Below the pieces are notes generated by a model. It worked only from the letters and a program-made list of their open reading frames with translations. It was not told the origin of the DNA and ran no database searches. Positions 39,351-53,450 of a DNA stretch of 64,000 nucleotides are shown here, in pieces. This DNA comes from Sphyrna mokarran (Eukaryota), in contig JAGIQG010000014.1 of NCBI GenBank assembly GCA_024679065.1, positions 45,074,001 to 45,138,000 of the forward strand, written 5' to 3'. How positions within the stretch are numbered: the first letter of the stretch is position 1; each line of letters opens with the position of its first letter. The position numbers were made by a program, and so were the translations under genes.

Positions 39351-42300
39351 AAATCTGTGAGTTTAGGCTGAAAGAATTACACTTGCGAGTGGAAATCTTT
39401 TATTTTGACTGACCACAGCCTTGCTTGTTTCGCGCTTTATAATACTGATATCAGATTAGTTTTACACTGATTACTTCCCATTATACACCCACCTTCCACC
39501 AAACGGGAATTGTAAACGCAGCATTTAACTTATGCACTGTTGGGAAAGAAAGGTTCCATGCTTTAAAAGGCTCAATTGTTTCCTGCCAGGTTCTTTGGGT
39601 TCCCCACTGGAATTCCAAGCCATTCCAGGATAAGCTGGGCAAGGACCAGATCACATCGAAATCCTGTACAGACGTCCTCTCTAGGACTTTCCCACCCCTG
39701 AACCTACCTCCAACACGCTGAAAAAATTCTAACCTGTATTTATTTAATAGCCTTAGCTTTTAATAACACTGATGATTTTGAATTAAACATTTTCCTAGAT
39801 GATGGTGCTTTATAGCAACTGTGGAGGTTCATACATAAAGGATGAGATATAATTAGCACTTACTGGGCTAAAATATAGCAACTGTATATTTTCCAAACAG
39901 AACAAATTAACTTGCAGATGAAATCCTGGAATGAGAGTCAGTAAGGGAGAAATTAGGCTGTGTCGCACCCATTTAACAGGCACTAGAAGCCCTCCCAATG
40001 TTCAAACATGGGGTCCAAGGTGTGCAAGCAGCCTGGCATCGAGAAACATGGCATATTTGGTAAAATGGGTTGAACACATGCAATTATCACTGTCAGTAAC
40101 ATGCAAAACAGATTATGTCTTCAGTCAGTCTGCAATGCTGATTTGATCCCAATGCTGCCATTTACAAACTTCGTGTTTCAGTCTAAACCCTGCGCAATCT
40201 TACTGGACACATGTTAAATGGAACGAAGGACTCCCCCTTGTGCATCAGGCCTATTTAAAGGATTATGAACTACTTGCAGGTTGGTTGCTGGATTCTTCCT
40301 GCTTGCTGCTAGTGCAACTGTGCCTGTTTCTGAAGTTTTCCTATTCTTGGTTAATGTTTGAATAGTCGACCAGGAATGGCCTGGCTGGGTACTGAAGTAT
40401 TTATTTATTTTTAAAAATTCTGCTGCCATGAATAACCCGATGGAGTTTTGTTTTGAGAATTAGGCATGACTGACAGAATAAAGAGGGGCTTGTGTAGAGT
40501 GGGACAAGCCATAAGAAATGATGCAGGTGGATGGAGGAAACAGGCCATATCTGCCGAGGGTCTTTAGGAAGAAATTGATATTCACCAATTTTAGTAAGGA
40601 CCAATGCATGAAATGTCTCTGCTTCACAAAATAGATTATAATTGAAATCTGCCAGTTGCTGCAGTCAAGGTTGTCAAGCTGACAGGAGTTCTTAACGTTT
40701 AACGTGTCCTACTCCTTTCAAGGTGACTGCTAGAAATATAAGCAACATCTCACAATTTGCAATAATCCCTGCACAAAAATATCACTGAAGCCCCCTATAC
40801 ACAGAGACAGCTTCATCTCATTCCCTTTTGTCAGAGACAAGCAGGTAGAATGAGCACCAGGGTTTACAGGGATTGCAGGCTTTCTGTGTTTTGAAACCCT
40901 TGCATAGGTCTCAAATAACATTGGCTATTTTCATGATTCAAAGAGATTCCATTTTCCTCAACTCAAAAAGCACACTTCTACATTGAACTGGAAACAATAC
41001 CAACATGTGAGGAAGCTAAGATATGGATATTGGACAGCCGGACAACAAAGGAGAGCTAAAAGCAGAGAAGTTGGTGGGTAAAGACCTAGGCACAAGGAGA
41101 AAGCAGACAGACAGAGGAACACACTGGTTTTTTGTGAGCCAAAGAGGCAAATCTCTCTCATGAAGGAGTCTGTTTATCTGTTTGGCAGAAAAGGAGATGG
41201 GAGCTTTGGAAACATTGTGTGAACTGGCTGAAAAGGTCAAATACTTGGAAAGCTTTGTGAATAGGTCAGAGAGACTGAAAAACTGGATGTTTTCCCAGAA
41301 ATGGTGAAACTGGGAATTAAAGAGTTCCTGGTTGATCAGTTGAAAAATAACTAAAAGCTACATCACCAGGGTTGTTGTGACCCAAGAGCAAGAGGATTTG
41401 CAGAAGTGTGCCTTGCTGATAATAATTGTATCCATGAAACTCTGAGGTGAAAGTTATTGTTAGATGGTATTTCTGATCATGCATGAATAAAGAACAGCAT
41501 ACTGTGGAACTTTTTTGCTACATAGTGCCATGTGTTTTCAGGAAGTGATGCAGTGTTTGTGGTTGTGGTTGTATCTTTATTATCTCAATTATTTAAAGTG
41601 GAATTTACCATTTTAAAATACCATTTGTCTGTTAATTCATGTTTCATTTGTGTTGGTTCCAATTCACGTTAAAGTAGAAGCTACAAAAGATGAAATGTTG
41701 TTGGTAATTTTTTCTTTTGGACTCATTTGGTAAATTTGATTATTTTGTTTTCCTGCTTTCCCATTGGGGAATGATAATACTTGTTCTATATTCTTTGGAT
41801 CTAAAGTGGGTTGCCAACATGTGCTTAAATTGAAATCCATTTGCAACAGTTTCGCCTGTTCGCTGAATCTATCACTATCCCTTTGTAATGTTATGCTTCC
41901 GTCTATGCTGACAATACCACCTGATGTGTGGCTTTCACAAGTTGTTAATAAATAGTTTACTAAATACATGAGGTTCCAACAGAAATCCTTTTTGGACAAC
42001 TTAGTCACATTCTGCCAATTAAAGTACTTACTCATTAACCCTGCTCTCTACTAATTTGCCTTCAATTCCATGATTTTAACTAACAGTCTAATTGAGAGAC
42101 TTTTTCAAATGACTTGGGGAAGTCTATCAGAAGCTGCAACACAATGTATTCCACAATGTGGTAGTGGAGATGACATCTGTTCCACCTGGGAAAGAATGGG
42201 CTTCAAGGTTTTGCAAAGTTTGTGCTGATCCTCTCCTTACTCCTTGAAATTGAACAGATTTTTTTTGGCTTTCCCAATAAACCAAATATTTGATTATAAA

Positions 42301-44542
42301 CATAGATCAGTCTTCGTCTATAGTCTGATCCTTCATCTGACTCTTCTGTGGCTAAACCCTCAGGAGTCAGCACCTGAGCTATCTTTATCCCCTGTCCTGG
42401 TTCCTGCATATTTGTATCCGCTATCTCACCACATGTAGTTTGCAGCTCTGTTCTAGCCATTAAAATCAATGCAACGTCAGTGTCTGAACTGATCCAGTTG
42501 ACAGTACAATCTAACTGTGAGCTTCCCAGTGTTGGGAGGGGTGGATTCAATCGGAAATCCAATTAACAGTGCTGAAACCAGAAGATTGGCCAATGGCGGG
42601 CCGCTTCCACTGCTGAGAAACATGCTAATATGCTGCAGGTGGGAAGAGGGGAAAAGACCCATAGTGTCTGCTAATTTTCACTGTCTTTGTCCTTTTCTTC
42701 ACTGACTGGAAATGTTCTAGCTCTTGGCTATCTGAAATGTAATAGAGACAATGATTTGCTTGTGCCAATGAGAGAGGAGAAAGTGGAACGGCTGTGCTTA
42801 CCTCATCTGCACATTGTAACTTGAAAGAGATTCTGGAGTGAGGGAAAAGTCTGAAGGAAGGAAAATTATGTGTATAGGAACTTTCAGTGGCCATGGCCTC
42901 AGTGATGTACCTTCCCATAATAGCCACACTGTCTCCTTTGATGAGATTTAAAACATGCACCATGCTTGGCAAATTACATCCCTCCATCTTTCCACCTATT
43001 CCACCAAGACCTTAGTGCATTATTTAAAAACTTTTGTCCTTGCTTTCTCCCTTGTTCGGCCATCACTCAAAGCATTATAGCCCAAATTATTTTTTGAAAA
43101 ATATCCATAGTGCACTCTCCTTTAAACAGTGCAGTCTGCTTTTAAGTAGCATTTGTTTCTGAGGCTACAGCTGTTTGTGCAGCCAATGAACAATATGCAG
43201 CAGTGATTTAAAAGAATAGACAGCATTGATTTATCATGCAATGACCAGGTGGTGGCTAATTATACGCTGCAATCTCTTTGCCTGGTTTCAGGAGTTAGTC
43301 AATTTCTTCTCTCTGAAAAAGTCCATTGCACTTGGGGTGTGCTGTCACCTGCAGTGGTGATTCACCCAGGCTGGGATAGAGTAAAGTTTCGGGGTAGCTG
43401 CTGAGCTTAAACCAAAGCTTTACTTGATGCAAAGATGAAGCATCAGATTAAGCCCAGGATGGGGTGCAATGCCTCATCCTGTCGGCTTGGATCTTGTTTG
43501 TCCCTCACATGGCTCCATTAATTGGATTCAATTTGAATTTGGTTTTTTTTAGATGGAATAAAAGTAAGCAGGAAAAAAAGCAAATTTGCCATTAGATTGT
43601 AGAAAATGGCTGCTCCAGATGACACAAATTAATTTGTTGTAGTCTGATATAGACTGTTTTAGAAAGGTAGTGATAATGAATAAATTGAAATAAGGGACAG
43701 AAATTTGCAGCACATCACGTGAAAAGTCAATTGGTAACGCATTCTCCACCACCAGCTCCCCCACCACACACACACACACAATTACAGTAGCACCATAGCT
43801 ATTTAGATGCTGGAGATAGGACTTCCATACTTCACTAAGAGTGCAGATGATGTTGGTGGGGTTCTTGGTAGAGAGGCCAGAGAGAGAGGGAGCAGCTGCA
43901 GAGGTAATATCTTGGGAGGTAGAGCCAAAATGGAAAAGGGTCTTTTAAAGAGATGCTTCTTCCTTCATACCGGAGGCCCAAACAGAGTGACCTGCCAAGC
44001 ATTCTACCTACCCTAAGCTCCTTCCACCAGCCACAAAACTGAGCCCATGGTGCGAAACAGCCCTTAAAGGTAAATAATTGGCAATTAAGGGCATCAATTA
44101 GTGTGAGAATGGATAGTTAGGCTTAGGTCTGGTCCACTTCATGCATAATCTTGGACAGGAGGGTGGCAGAAACGCCACCTGAAAAATTCTATGGGCCCTT
44201 AAAACCTAGGAACATAGGACTTGGAAGCTGGGTAGGCCATTCAGTCCTTTGAGCCAGCTCCACACATCAATAAGATAATGGGTGATTTAGTTTTGGTTTC
44301 ATTCCATTTTGCTGCTTGCCCCTTCATTGAAAAATTGGACTCAGGAGCAATCTTAAGAGCCTGCAAACTCACTAATGGGTGACCAAAACATTCTACCCAA
44401 TATCTGATCAAATATAAATGCTGAAATACATGTTTGGAGCAGAATATGAACCAATACATTTGGTGCATGACTAATTTTTGCTGTGGTATTTCACTAAGAA
44501 CAACCCCCATTTGGATTTGATTCTTAAAAATAATCAGGGAAT

Positions 44543-44850
44543 AGGTGGCCTTGTTGCACAGTGGATAGTGTCCCAGCTTCTGTGTCAGAAGCTCTGGATT
44601 CAAGAACGACTCCAGGACTTGATGGCTAAAGAAGGTACATTCATAACAGGGCCAAATACATTTCAACTTGTCAATGCTCCCAACATATGGCAATGCAGGT
44701 AGTTAAAGCCAGACGGATTCATTGGCAACTGTGTAATAGAAAAAAATTGGAACCTCTCCCATCACTATCCATAGCTTCAGGCAATAATACACATGTGAAA
44801 GTGTACCTTGTCACAGACAGTCGGACTCCTTGGAGTGTCAGTTAGCTAGG
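44543..44850 (+). mobile_element. tRNA-headed SINE of unassigned family
   Basis: ggtggccttgttgcacagtggatagtgtccc..tcagaagctctggattcaag is a tRNA-like A/B box head with no intact cloverleaf. Confidence 0.45.
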
Positions 44851-45638
44851 TGATTGTGTGAATCAGACTGGTGTCAAAAGCATGGGATTATTGGAAATGA
44901 CAGGAGATTTGCTACGTTCAATTTTAGAAAATTTAGGAAAGCAAATTGAATATTGGAATTTATAACCAGAACAATGCTCAATGACTACACTTTGATTCAT
45001 TCTTAGTTTTGGTGGAGGATATAAAAAAAGAAAAATGGGAATGATATCAAGGGTAATGGGGGTAGGCTATAAGGAAACATTAGAAAATATTAAAGTGGAA
45101 AATGTTACAATGCTACTAGATGAAGGTATTAAAAATTGAAACTATATAGGTAAAGTGAACCCAGAATATTACTTCAAGATATGTCAGGCCAATGGGTCAA
45201 GGGGACATCAATGTAATTGTGGAAAATTAAACCAAAACATAAGAAAATTGTATTTCCTTTTATGGGTGATTTCAATTTGCAATCATCTCTCAGTTAAGAG
45301 TGCAATTGAAATAATTTGAATGTTACAAATGCAGTTGAAAGCAAAGCTGGATAAATGGACATATTTATGGTGCAAGCTCCAATAGATCAACTGATATTTT
45401 CAAATCTCTGATCTTATGTTTTTTTTAAATTTTTTTAATCGTTGTTATTAATGTTTTGCAGGATTGGAGGCAGTAGTTTGTAATGTTACCTGCATTTCTC
45501 TAACATATACTTCCAGTATTCTCCCATAAATCTGATGCTTGTAATCTGTTGTGAGCCAAGTGCAGTAGGGAGTATATAACATTGCATTGACATTCTCCAT
45601 TAGACCTGGTAACCGCCACTAGGAGAAATTTAACCAGC

Positions 45639-45840
45639 TGCATGTTAGATACTAATTTTTCTTTTACCTTTGTATCTTTCTGATTTCCTGCGTTGTTCTG
45701 GATCCTATATTTGGTGTCTCAGGTGGTAAGTGTAGTTCTGCTTAGTGCATGATTGTTGAAGTTAATGTAACCATCTGGTTATTTCCATTTCATGAACATT
45801 CATTTCTTCCAAATTCCATAAAATCAATGTATTCCATTTA
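45639..45840 (+). promoter_or_regulatory. Splicing-regulatory cluster around the microexon (branch point, UGC, Rbfox UGCAUG x2, YCAY cluster)
   Basis: TGCATG at 45639-45644 and 45746-45751; TGC at 45689-45691 inside the pyrimidine tract; repeated CCAT/TCAT in 45770-45840. Confidence 0.6.
45723..45725 (+). CDS. psd2: Putative 3-nt alternative microexon (GTG, Val) between exons E and F
   Basis: Branch-point-like TACTAAT 45650-45656, ~70-nt AG-free pyrimidine-rich tract, ctcAG|GTG|GTAAGT. It lies in a phase-0 intron, so inclusion gives DLHGH-V-NIGKK. Confidence 0.75.
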
Positions 45841-47733
45841 ATTTTACTGATAATGAAAAATGCCGTGTTCTGTGACAGTTTAGCTGGGTAGCAGAGAACC
45901 TTTCTATTGAATCACTAGCATGATAGATATATTTCTAATAAAAAAGGATAAGAGAATATGGGGAAAAGATGGGAAGGTGGATTTGAGATCAGGGAGAGAT
46001 CAGCCATGATTTGATTGAATGGCGGAGTAGGTTCATAGGGCTGACTTGGCCTACTTCTGCTCCTAATTCCCATGCCCCATTGATTGTGTTTTTGGTTCTA
46101 GATATTTGGTTGGAAGTGCAAACCAAAGTCATCCACTGAGATTGTGATTTTATCTCTGTGGTGAGATAAAAACCACAAATAAATCATTTACTGGTAAATA
46201 ATACGTTAGGCTAGATTTCTAAACTGTTCCGAAACTCAGCTATGCCACTAGTATACAATTTTAAAGAAAAATAGTATTTCTAGAAAATTCTGCTGTTTTT
46301 ATCTTTTCTTGAGATGCTAGTTATTTTTGAAGACTCTCCCTGAATTGTATTTTAAAGTACTTTTGTTGCTGAATATGTATGTTTTGAGCAATGTTCTTGA
46401 TCATATATGATTCTTTCCACTTGGTAGAAATAGCTATAGCTACTTCAGGCAGTTTTTTTAAAGTTTATGCTCATGAACTAAAACTTTAATTGAGGCAATT
46501 ACTAGGGATTTCAGAGGAACGGAATAAATTAACTTGAATCATAACAGTCTGTATGAATGTATTACTTACTACACAACATTGATCAGTGAGCTACAGCTAT
46601 GTGATTTGTAATGTGCACTTTTAATACAGTAATGTACTTTTTTTTTGCTACTCTCACTTTTTGTTTTGTATGCAGTCTCTACATGTGTCCTCTTTCTTGG
46701 CTATACTTTTATATCTAATAATTATATGAATTCCAAATTTTTTTTTATTTTGCCACAGAATATTTAATGTTGCAGTCAACAATTTAACTGATTTATTCAC
46801 TCATTCATTTTCATTCTCCTGCATGGTGCAATCTCATTGATATTTTAATTAAATTTCATTTGAGAATACATGTAAGAACTATCAGACTCATCGAAATAGC
46901 TGCCATTGTGAAATATTCTACTTAACATTTGCAATTTGGTTGAATATGTGGAATTTAAGTGACGATATATAAATTACCCGTGCAATATTTGTTCTTAGCT
47001 GTGTTTATAAAATTAATTTCTCTAACCTCAACATGTTCTTGTCTTCACCACTATCTTTTCCCAGTGTTACTAAAATTTCCAACAGAAACGGTTAGGCCAA
47101 TGAGCCTAGGCTTCAACTGACACTCTTTTACCTGCCTTCCAACATTTGCAGAAGTGCATTCGAGTCAATTTTCCACTTGGTGCATTTATTGCAAATATTT
47201 GTTTCTCAACTCTAGTGAGCAAAAAAGTCTATCCTCATCATCTGAATGGAGGTTTACTGCTACTCTATAAAGTGTAACCTCACAACTGAAAGTGGTATTT
47301 GCATCCATTGGAAGATAATTTTGTATGGATTTTAAAAATATAATTCCCAATACATTTAATGCATCCTTAACCCTCTAATATTGGCACATAAAAGGGAAAT
47401 GTACTTCGATTAGCATTGCATATAATTAAAACTTGGTTATGTTGAAATGTATACATTTGAAAGTAAAGTTTCCAATTGGAAAATAACTGATAAATTCAAA
47501 ATACTTCAGTTTCATAACATTTTTGAAAAGATTTTTGGTGGTAACCTAACATTTAAGATGATGAATTTCTGCCATGTTAAAAATGGGAATACAAGCACTA
47601 TGATTATGATATTGGACAATTTATTTCCAACACAATTTATCCATCAAATTGGTAGCATAATACAATATTGTGAAAAATACTTTTGGGGAGAAATTTAATG
47701 TTGATATTGGGGGGTCCTGCTGAAATATTGGAT

Positions 47734-47864
47734 ACAGTAAGAAGTCTGACAACATCAGTTTTAAATCCAACCGATTTATTTGATTAAATCAGTTGGATTT
47801 AAAACTGATGTTGTCAGACCTCTTACTGTGTTTACCCCAGTCCAACACCGGCATCTCTACATCA
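47734..47864 (+). mobile_element. Short Penelope fold-back (45-bp arms plus 35-nt tail) with target duplication
   Basis: 47734-47778 pairs with 47785-47829 (2 mismatches); tail gtttaccccagtccaacaccggcatctctacatca; direct repeat gaaatattggat at 47722-47733 and 47865-47876. Confidence 0.82.
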
Positions 47865-50800
47865 GAAATATTGGATGCCATTAATTGTCCACTTAAGGGG
47901 TTCAGTTGGCACTGAGTAGGCCATCCATGAGCTTTCCGACTTCCAATTTAACCATTCCCATCTGCCACTGTCCCGTCCAATAAACACCACCCTCTCTACC
48001 AAATTTGCCTCAGGGGCGGGCATTAAGTGTTCAATTTCTTTGCACTACGTAAAAAGTAGTTTTGCAAATGTTCTATGACTTTAAATTACAAGCATCATAA
48101 TTGCAAAAAGTAATCAAAAGAATAAATGAGCTGGTTAGAATAAGTGTGCAATATGTTCTAGTCATGGTACTTCAGTAAAGGAATATTAATATGATGAATA
48201 AATCATATATCAAAATGCACTAGTCTGATCTCAGGATTCTGAGATTGGGCTCATTAGTTCCACACAATAAACTTCTGGCCTGTTGCTAACAGTTCACTGG
48301 TGGAGAAGGACAAATAATGTGCAGTGCAACTCCTAAAGGTGTTAATTTTTACATAAAGAAGTGTCTGTACTGTGAAAAATATTGTAGTAGAATGGTTAAT
48401 TGTAGCTTTTAGGCAGACCTAAATGGAATTATGTTATTTGTAATGCAGTTTCCATAGTTGACAGCTACAGTTTTTGGACAGATGTTGGGAGCACATTTAG
48501 TGAAGAATTGCAACTAAATGAAATTTAGAGGGATAACCATAGTTGAACAGGGAATGTCATAGGAGTGTAATAAAATTCAGGAAGCCTTTGCAGTACCTTA
48601 AGAACCATCTTTTCTAAGATTTAGCACAGGGAGCTAGAAAGTAAATGAGATCTCCATCTGCAAGATTGCTCCACCAGTTCTCTATATTACTTTCTGAGGT
48701 GGTTGCACAAAAGTTGCCTTCTCCATGCCTGCAAGGAAGAAAAAGCAAACTTCAAACAAGTGCAACCCATTAACATCACTTTTTGTAGCATGGTAACTCC
48801 AAGTTTTCCTGAAGCAGGTGGCACAGTTCCACATCTGCCTTTTCTCTACTTATACTCTGATATGACAGTTCCACATGATCACTGCCTGTGTCCTGTATTA
48901 GAACTTACAGAAATTTTTGGTGGTTTCCTTTTGATATGGCCAACCAGGCTATGTTGCACATGATTATCTCAGAACCTTCATGCAGTGGCTATCTTATTTC
49001 ATGCTGTATCATTTAACATATGACATACTACGGTTGAGGTGTTTCTCAAAGTGTTTGATTTCTGGCTGGACAAGTATTCATCTATTCTGATGGTGTAATT
49101 TGTCTTCTATCTAAATTCCTTTGGGAAGAGGCATCTCTTATGCCTTATTTGTTTACAAAAGTGACAGGTACAGGTGTACAGATTCTGATGAGCATTTTCA
49201 GGTAGCTTGGTTTGGTTGGCATTCTATTCTTGCCCGTACATCTGAAAAGGGAAGTTCTATTGCAGTGGTAGCGATGCAAGGGGAGATATAAACAATACAC
49301 AACAATTAAGACAAAGAGATGTAAAAGATGAAGAAAAGGAAACATTTAAGAAATTATTTTAATTTTATTGTGCCATTTCCATGATCTCCCTGTGAGCTAA
49401 ATTTTTCCAGAAGAGAAGTCCCACTGCCAGAACTAATCATGAGAGCTTACTCTGCTTCAGTGAATTGTAGCACCATGGGTGGCATTGTTCTGATCAATTA
49501 AAGACAGTTGCATGCCTTCCAATCAGAGGGATGGCTGTTCAGCAACACAACTGCCAAGGTATAAGACAATGAAGAGGCCTTGTCCATGGTGAAATAACCT
49601 TCAAGAGAAGTATCTTTGAGCAAGCGGGACCCAGGCAGGGAAGCCCTAGAAGTCAGGAGAAATGGCTCATATACAGATATTGCCATTATAGAGGCGCTGT
49701 CATGACCTCTAGAATACCCAGCAATGGTAGGCCCTCCCAATGCGGGAAAAATGTAAGCAGGTATTGATCCTTAATTGGTCACTTAAGTGTGTCCATGGGT
49801 AGCTGCACCACTGATAATATGCCATGGTAGTGAGAAGACTTAAGATTATCTTCCTAATACCTTCCCACCATTTTCCCAGCTTGCTACAGAAAAAAGTACT
49901 TTGGACGTACCTACACTACATGAAATGCAACATTTCAAGAAGATAGCTCATTACCTTCTCCAGGGCAATATACATTGGTAATAAATGCTGTGCCATTGTT
50001 GCTCACATGTTCAGAACTAAAAATAAAAACAAAGACAAAATTAATATTTCAGTAAATTGTCCATCTGAGTGAGCAGGGTGGTTCCATTGCCACTGGATCT
50101 GTCTACCTGAAACTGGCAAAGCAGACAGTCCAGTGGGGTGGAACTCGTACATTATTTTATCTCAGATGCCTATTTTGTGCTGTTACAATAGTCAACTAGG
50201 AGAAGAGGAACTAGGCTTGAGTGCATTTGTACAATTATATGCTACTAATTATAATTTAAGTACACAAAATGGGGAGATGGTGGCATTGTGTTAATGTCTC
50301 TGAACTAGTAATCCAGATGCTCAGATAAAAGATCCTGGGACATGGAATCACATCCTATCACAGCAGGTGTAAGTTTATGTATCTGAAATATAAAGCTAAC
50401 GTCAGTAATGCCTGTGTCAACAATCATCTTAATGGGCAGAATTTGTTGGAAAAAGAAGTGGGCAGGCATTGAATGGAGCAGGAAGAGAAGGTTTGAGTTT
50501 CTGCCTTTGGGATACTACACCAAATTATCTCGGTGGCAGGTTGGAAGTGGGATGGCGGTGCTGATGGCATGTGGCGAGGAGGTAATTGTAATGGACTTAT
50601 AATGATTACTAATTAAAACACAAGGTTTTGCAATTAAATGCCAAGTAGGCTATTAAGTTGGAGACACATGGGAAACAAAGGCCTTATGTTCATAACTAAT
50701 TAAAGCTGGCATGGAGGAGGCGCGACAGTCTTCAAGGTAGCAGCAGCTGAGTGAGTCATTACTTGGAGGGATTGCAAGAACAGAGCAGAGGAGGCTGAGA

Positions 50801-51909
50801 AGTAACATGGGAAGGATTGACAGTAAGCCAGGGAAGTTCAAGGGTAATTGAGGGTTTGCTAAGGTCAAGGATGATCAAGGGAGGGTTTTCAATGGAAAGT
50901 CTATGGCTATTAAGGGAAAGATGAGAGCAATCGAGGGTGATCAAGGGAAAGTCCAGGGTGGTTGAAAGAGGATTAAGTGTGTACAAGGAAAGCTAATTTC
51001 CTTGTACACACTTGCCTTGAAGTTAATTGAGGGAGGTTTGAGGGTTTTCAGGATAATTGAAAGATGGTTTTGGGTGATAGAGGGAGATGTGTCATGCAGT
51101 CAGCATGACAGAGAAGAGTTTCTTTCAGTCAGCATCACAGTGAAGCAGACAATGAAGAATATCATTCAGTCAGTTCTTGTTGAACAAAGAAGAGTCACAT
51201 CCCAGGAAAACCATAAGTTCATTGGTTGGTAAGAAACTGTGGTTAAGGATTGTCTATAAATTGTTGTAAATTAGAAAAGAATATATACTTTCAGCAAATA
51301 GCTGTACTTAGATCTAACTGAGAAAGTTAGGGCCAAAATAATAACTAACAAAAATGTCTCCATGAGGTCTCCAAAGCCTTAAGACATGAGGAGAGGTGAT
51401 CTTATCAAACAATTCTAAGTCCAGGATGGGCAGGAAAATGGGAAAGTTGCTCACCCGTTTTTTTGGGTGAGTTCAAATCCCAAATCATATGCACTTAGTA
51501 CATAATGGGCTAACCATTCCTTAACTGTAGGTGAATGGGATGGGGCTTAAATCGCCAGCCAACCTGTTATAGCAACAGAGGGCACTATTGTGCATTTACA
51601 GTGACCCAACACAGCCACTCCCTTTCCCCTGCTATCATGAGAACCTGTAAGAGACTGTGAGCACTACACTGCCCAGAAATAGACCAAGAGACAACCACAC
51701 CCTTGTCATTGACCTTGCCAGGGGTTGGGGGACTTCAATAGTCTCCAGTCTATCATTGAGGTAGTCATGATTGTTCACTGTTCATAGGGGTCAGGTGTTT
51801 TCTTTGCCGGGATGAGCCTCTCCTGGTGAGGCCACAAAGGCAAATGAGTTCGGACAATTGCGTCCTAGGCCCATTAAACCCAGGTAAAAGACATTTTACA
51901 TCTATTTAA

Positions 51910-53450
51910 GAACATAAGAACATGGACAAGAGTAGGCTATCTGGCCCTTCGAGCCTGCTCCACCATTCAATAAGATCATGGCTGATCTTTTCATGGACTC
52001 AGCTCCACTTAGTTGCCCACTCACCATAATCTTTAATTCCTTTACTGTTCAAAAATATACGTATCCTTGCTTAAAAACATTCAATGAGGTAGCTTCAACT
52101 GCTTCACTGGGCAGAGAATTCCACAAATTCACAATACTTTGGGTGAAGATGTTCCTCCTTGACTTAGTCCTAAACCAGCTCCCCCTTATTTTGAGGCTAT
52201 GTTCCATGGTTCTAGTTTCACCTGGCAGTGAAAACAACATCCCTGCTTCTACCTTATCTATTCCCTTCATAATTTCCTTCATGAAAGAGAGGGCTGAAGG
52301 ATGGGTTGTAAATTTGCTGATGACACCAAGATTGGTGGAGTAATTGATGGAGTGATGATGTGGAAGGCTCTTGTAGGCTGCAAGGAAACATTGATAAGAT
52401 GCAGAGCTTGGCAGAAAAGTGGCAGATGGAGTTTAACCCTGATAAGTGCAAGTGATTCATTTTGGTAGGACAAACTTGAATGCAGATTACAGGGTCAACG
52501 GCAGGAAGAGCAGAGAGATCTTGGACTTCATATCCACTCAAGTGGATAGAGCTGTGAAAAAGGCTTATAGTGTGTTAATGTTTATTAACAGGGAGGTTTG
52601 AGTTTAAGAGCTATGGGGTTCTGCTGCAACTATACCGGACCTTGGTGAGAACACATTTGAAATATTGTGTGCAGTTCTGGTCACTTCACTATAAGAAGGA
52701 TGTGGAAGCACTGGAGAGAGTGCAGAGGAGATTTACCAGGATGCTGCCAGGTTTGGAGGGTAAGTCTTAGGAGGAAAGGTTGAGGGAACTGGGGCTTTTC
52801 TCTTTGGAGAGGGGGAGGATGAGAGGCAACTTAGTAGAGTTTTATAAGATGATGAGGGGGATAACTAGAGTGGACGGTCAGAGACTATTTCTTCGGGTAG
52901 ATGTAGCTGTTACTAAGGGGCATAACTATAAGATTCATGGTGGGAGATATAGGAGGGATATCCGAGGTAGATTTTTTACTCAGGGAGTGGTTGGGGTGTG
53001 GAGTGCACAGCCTGCTGTGATATTGGAGTCGGACACTTTAGGAACTTCAAGCGGTTATTGGATAGGCAATGGAGCTTACTAGAATGATAGAGAGTGAAAT
53101 AGCTTGATCTTGGGTTTGGACATAACATGGCACAATACTGAGAGCCAAAAGGCCTGTACTGTGCTGTATTGTTCCATGTTCTAATATTATATATTTTTAT
53201 AAGATCTCCCCCCATTCTTCTGAATTCCAATGAGTATAACCCCAGTCTACTCGGTCTCTCCTTATAAGCCAACTCTCTCAACTCAGAATCAACCTAGTGA
53301 ATCTCCTCTACACCTTTTCTAATGCCAGTATATCTTTTGTCAAGTCAGGAGACCAAAACTGCGCACAGTACTCCAGGTGTGGCCTCCCACTATCTTATAC
53401 AGTTGCAACATTATCTTGCTGTTTTTGAACTCCATCCCTCTAGCAATGAA
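51910..53450. mobile_element. Nested CR1s: a + strand CR1 (~52285-53182) inside a - strand CR1
   Basis: Reverse CR1 breaks at ttcccttcataattt (52275) and resumes at ~53185; the insert has KFADDT and RELGLFSLERGRMRG motifs and its own tail. Confidence 0.85.

Noticed and set aside
42150-42960. Possible Myb/SANT-like Harbinger second-ORF remnants (also ~18960-19560 and 53480-53700)
   Set aside because: The resemblance is too degraded to support by eye.
50790-51090. Purine-rich quasi-repetitive tract
   Set aside because: No definable unit or boundaries; probably decayed low-complexity MITE interior.
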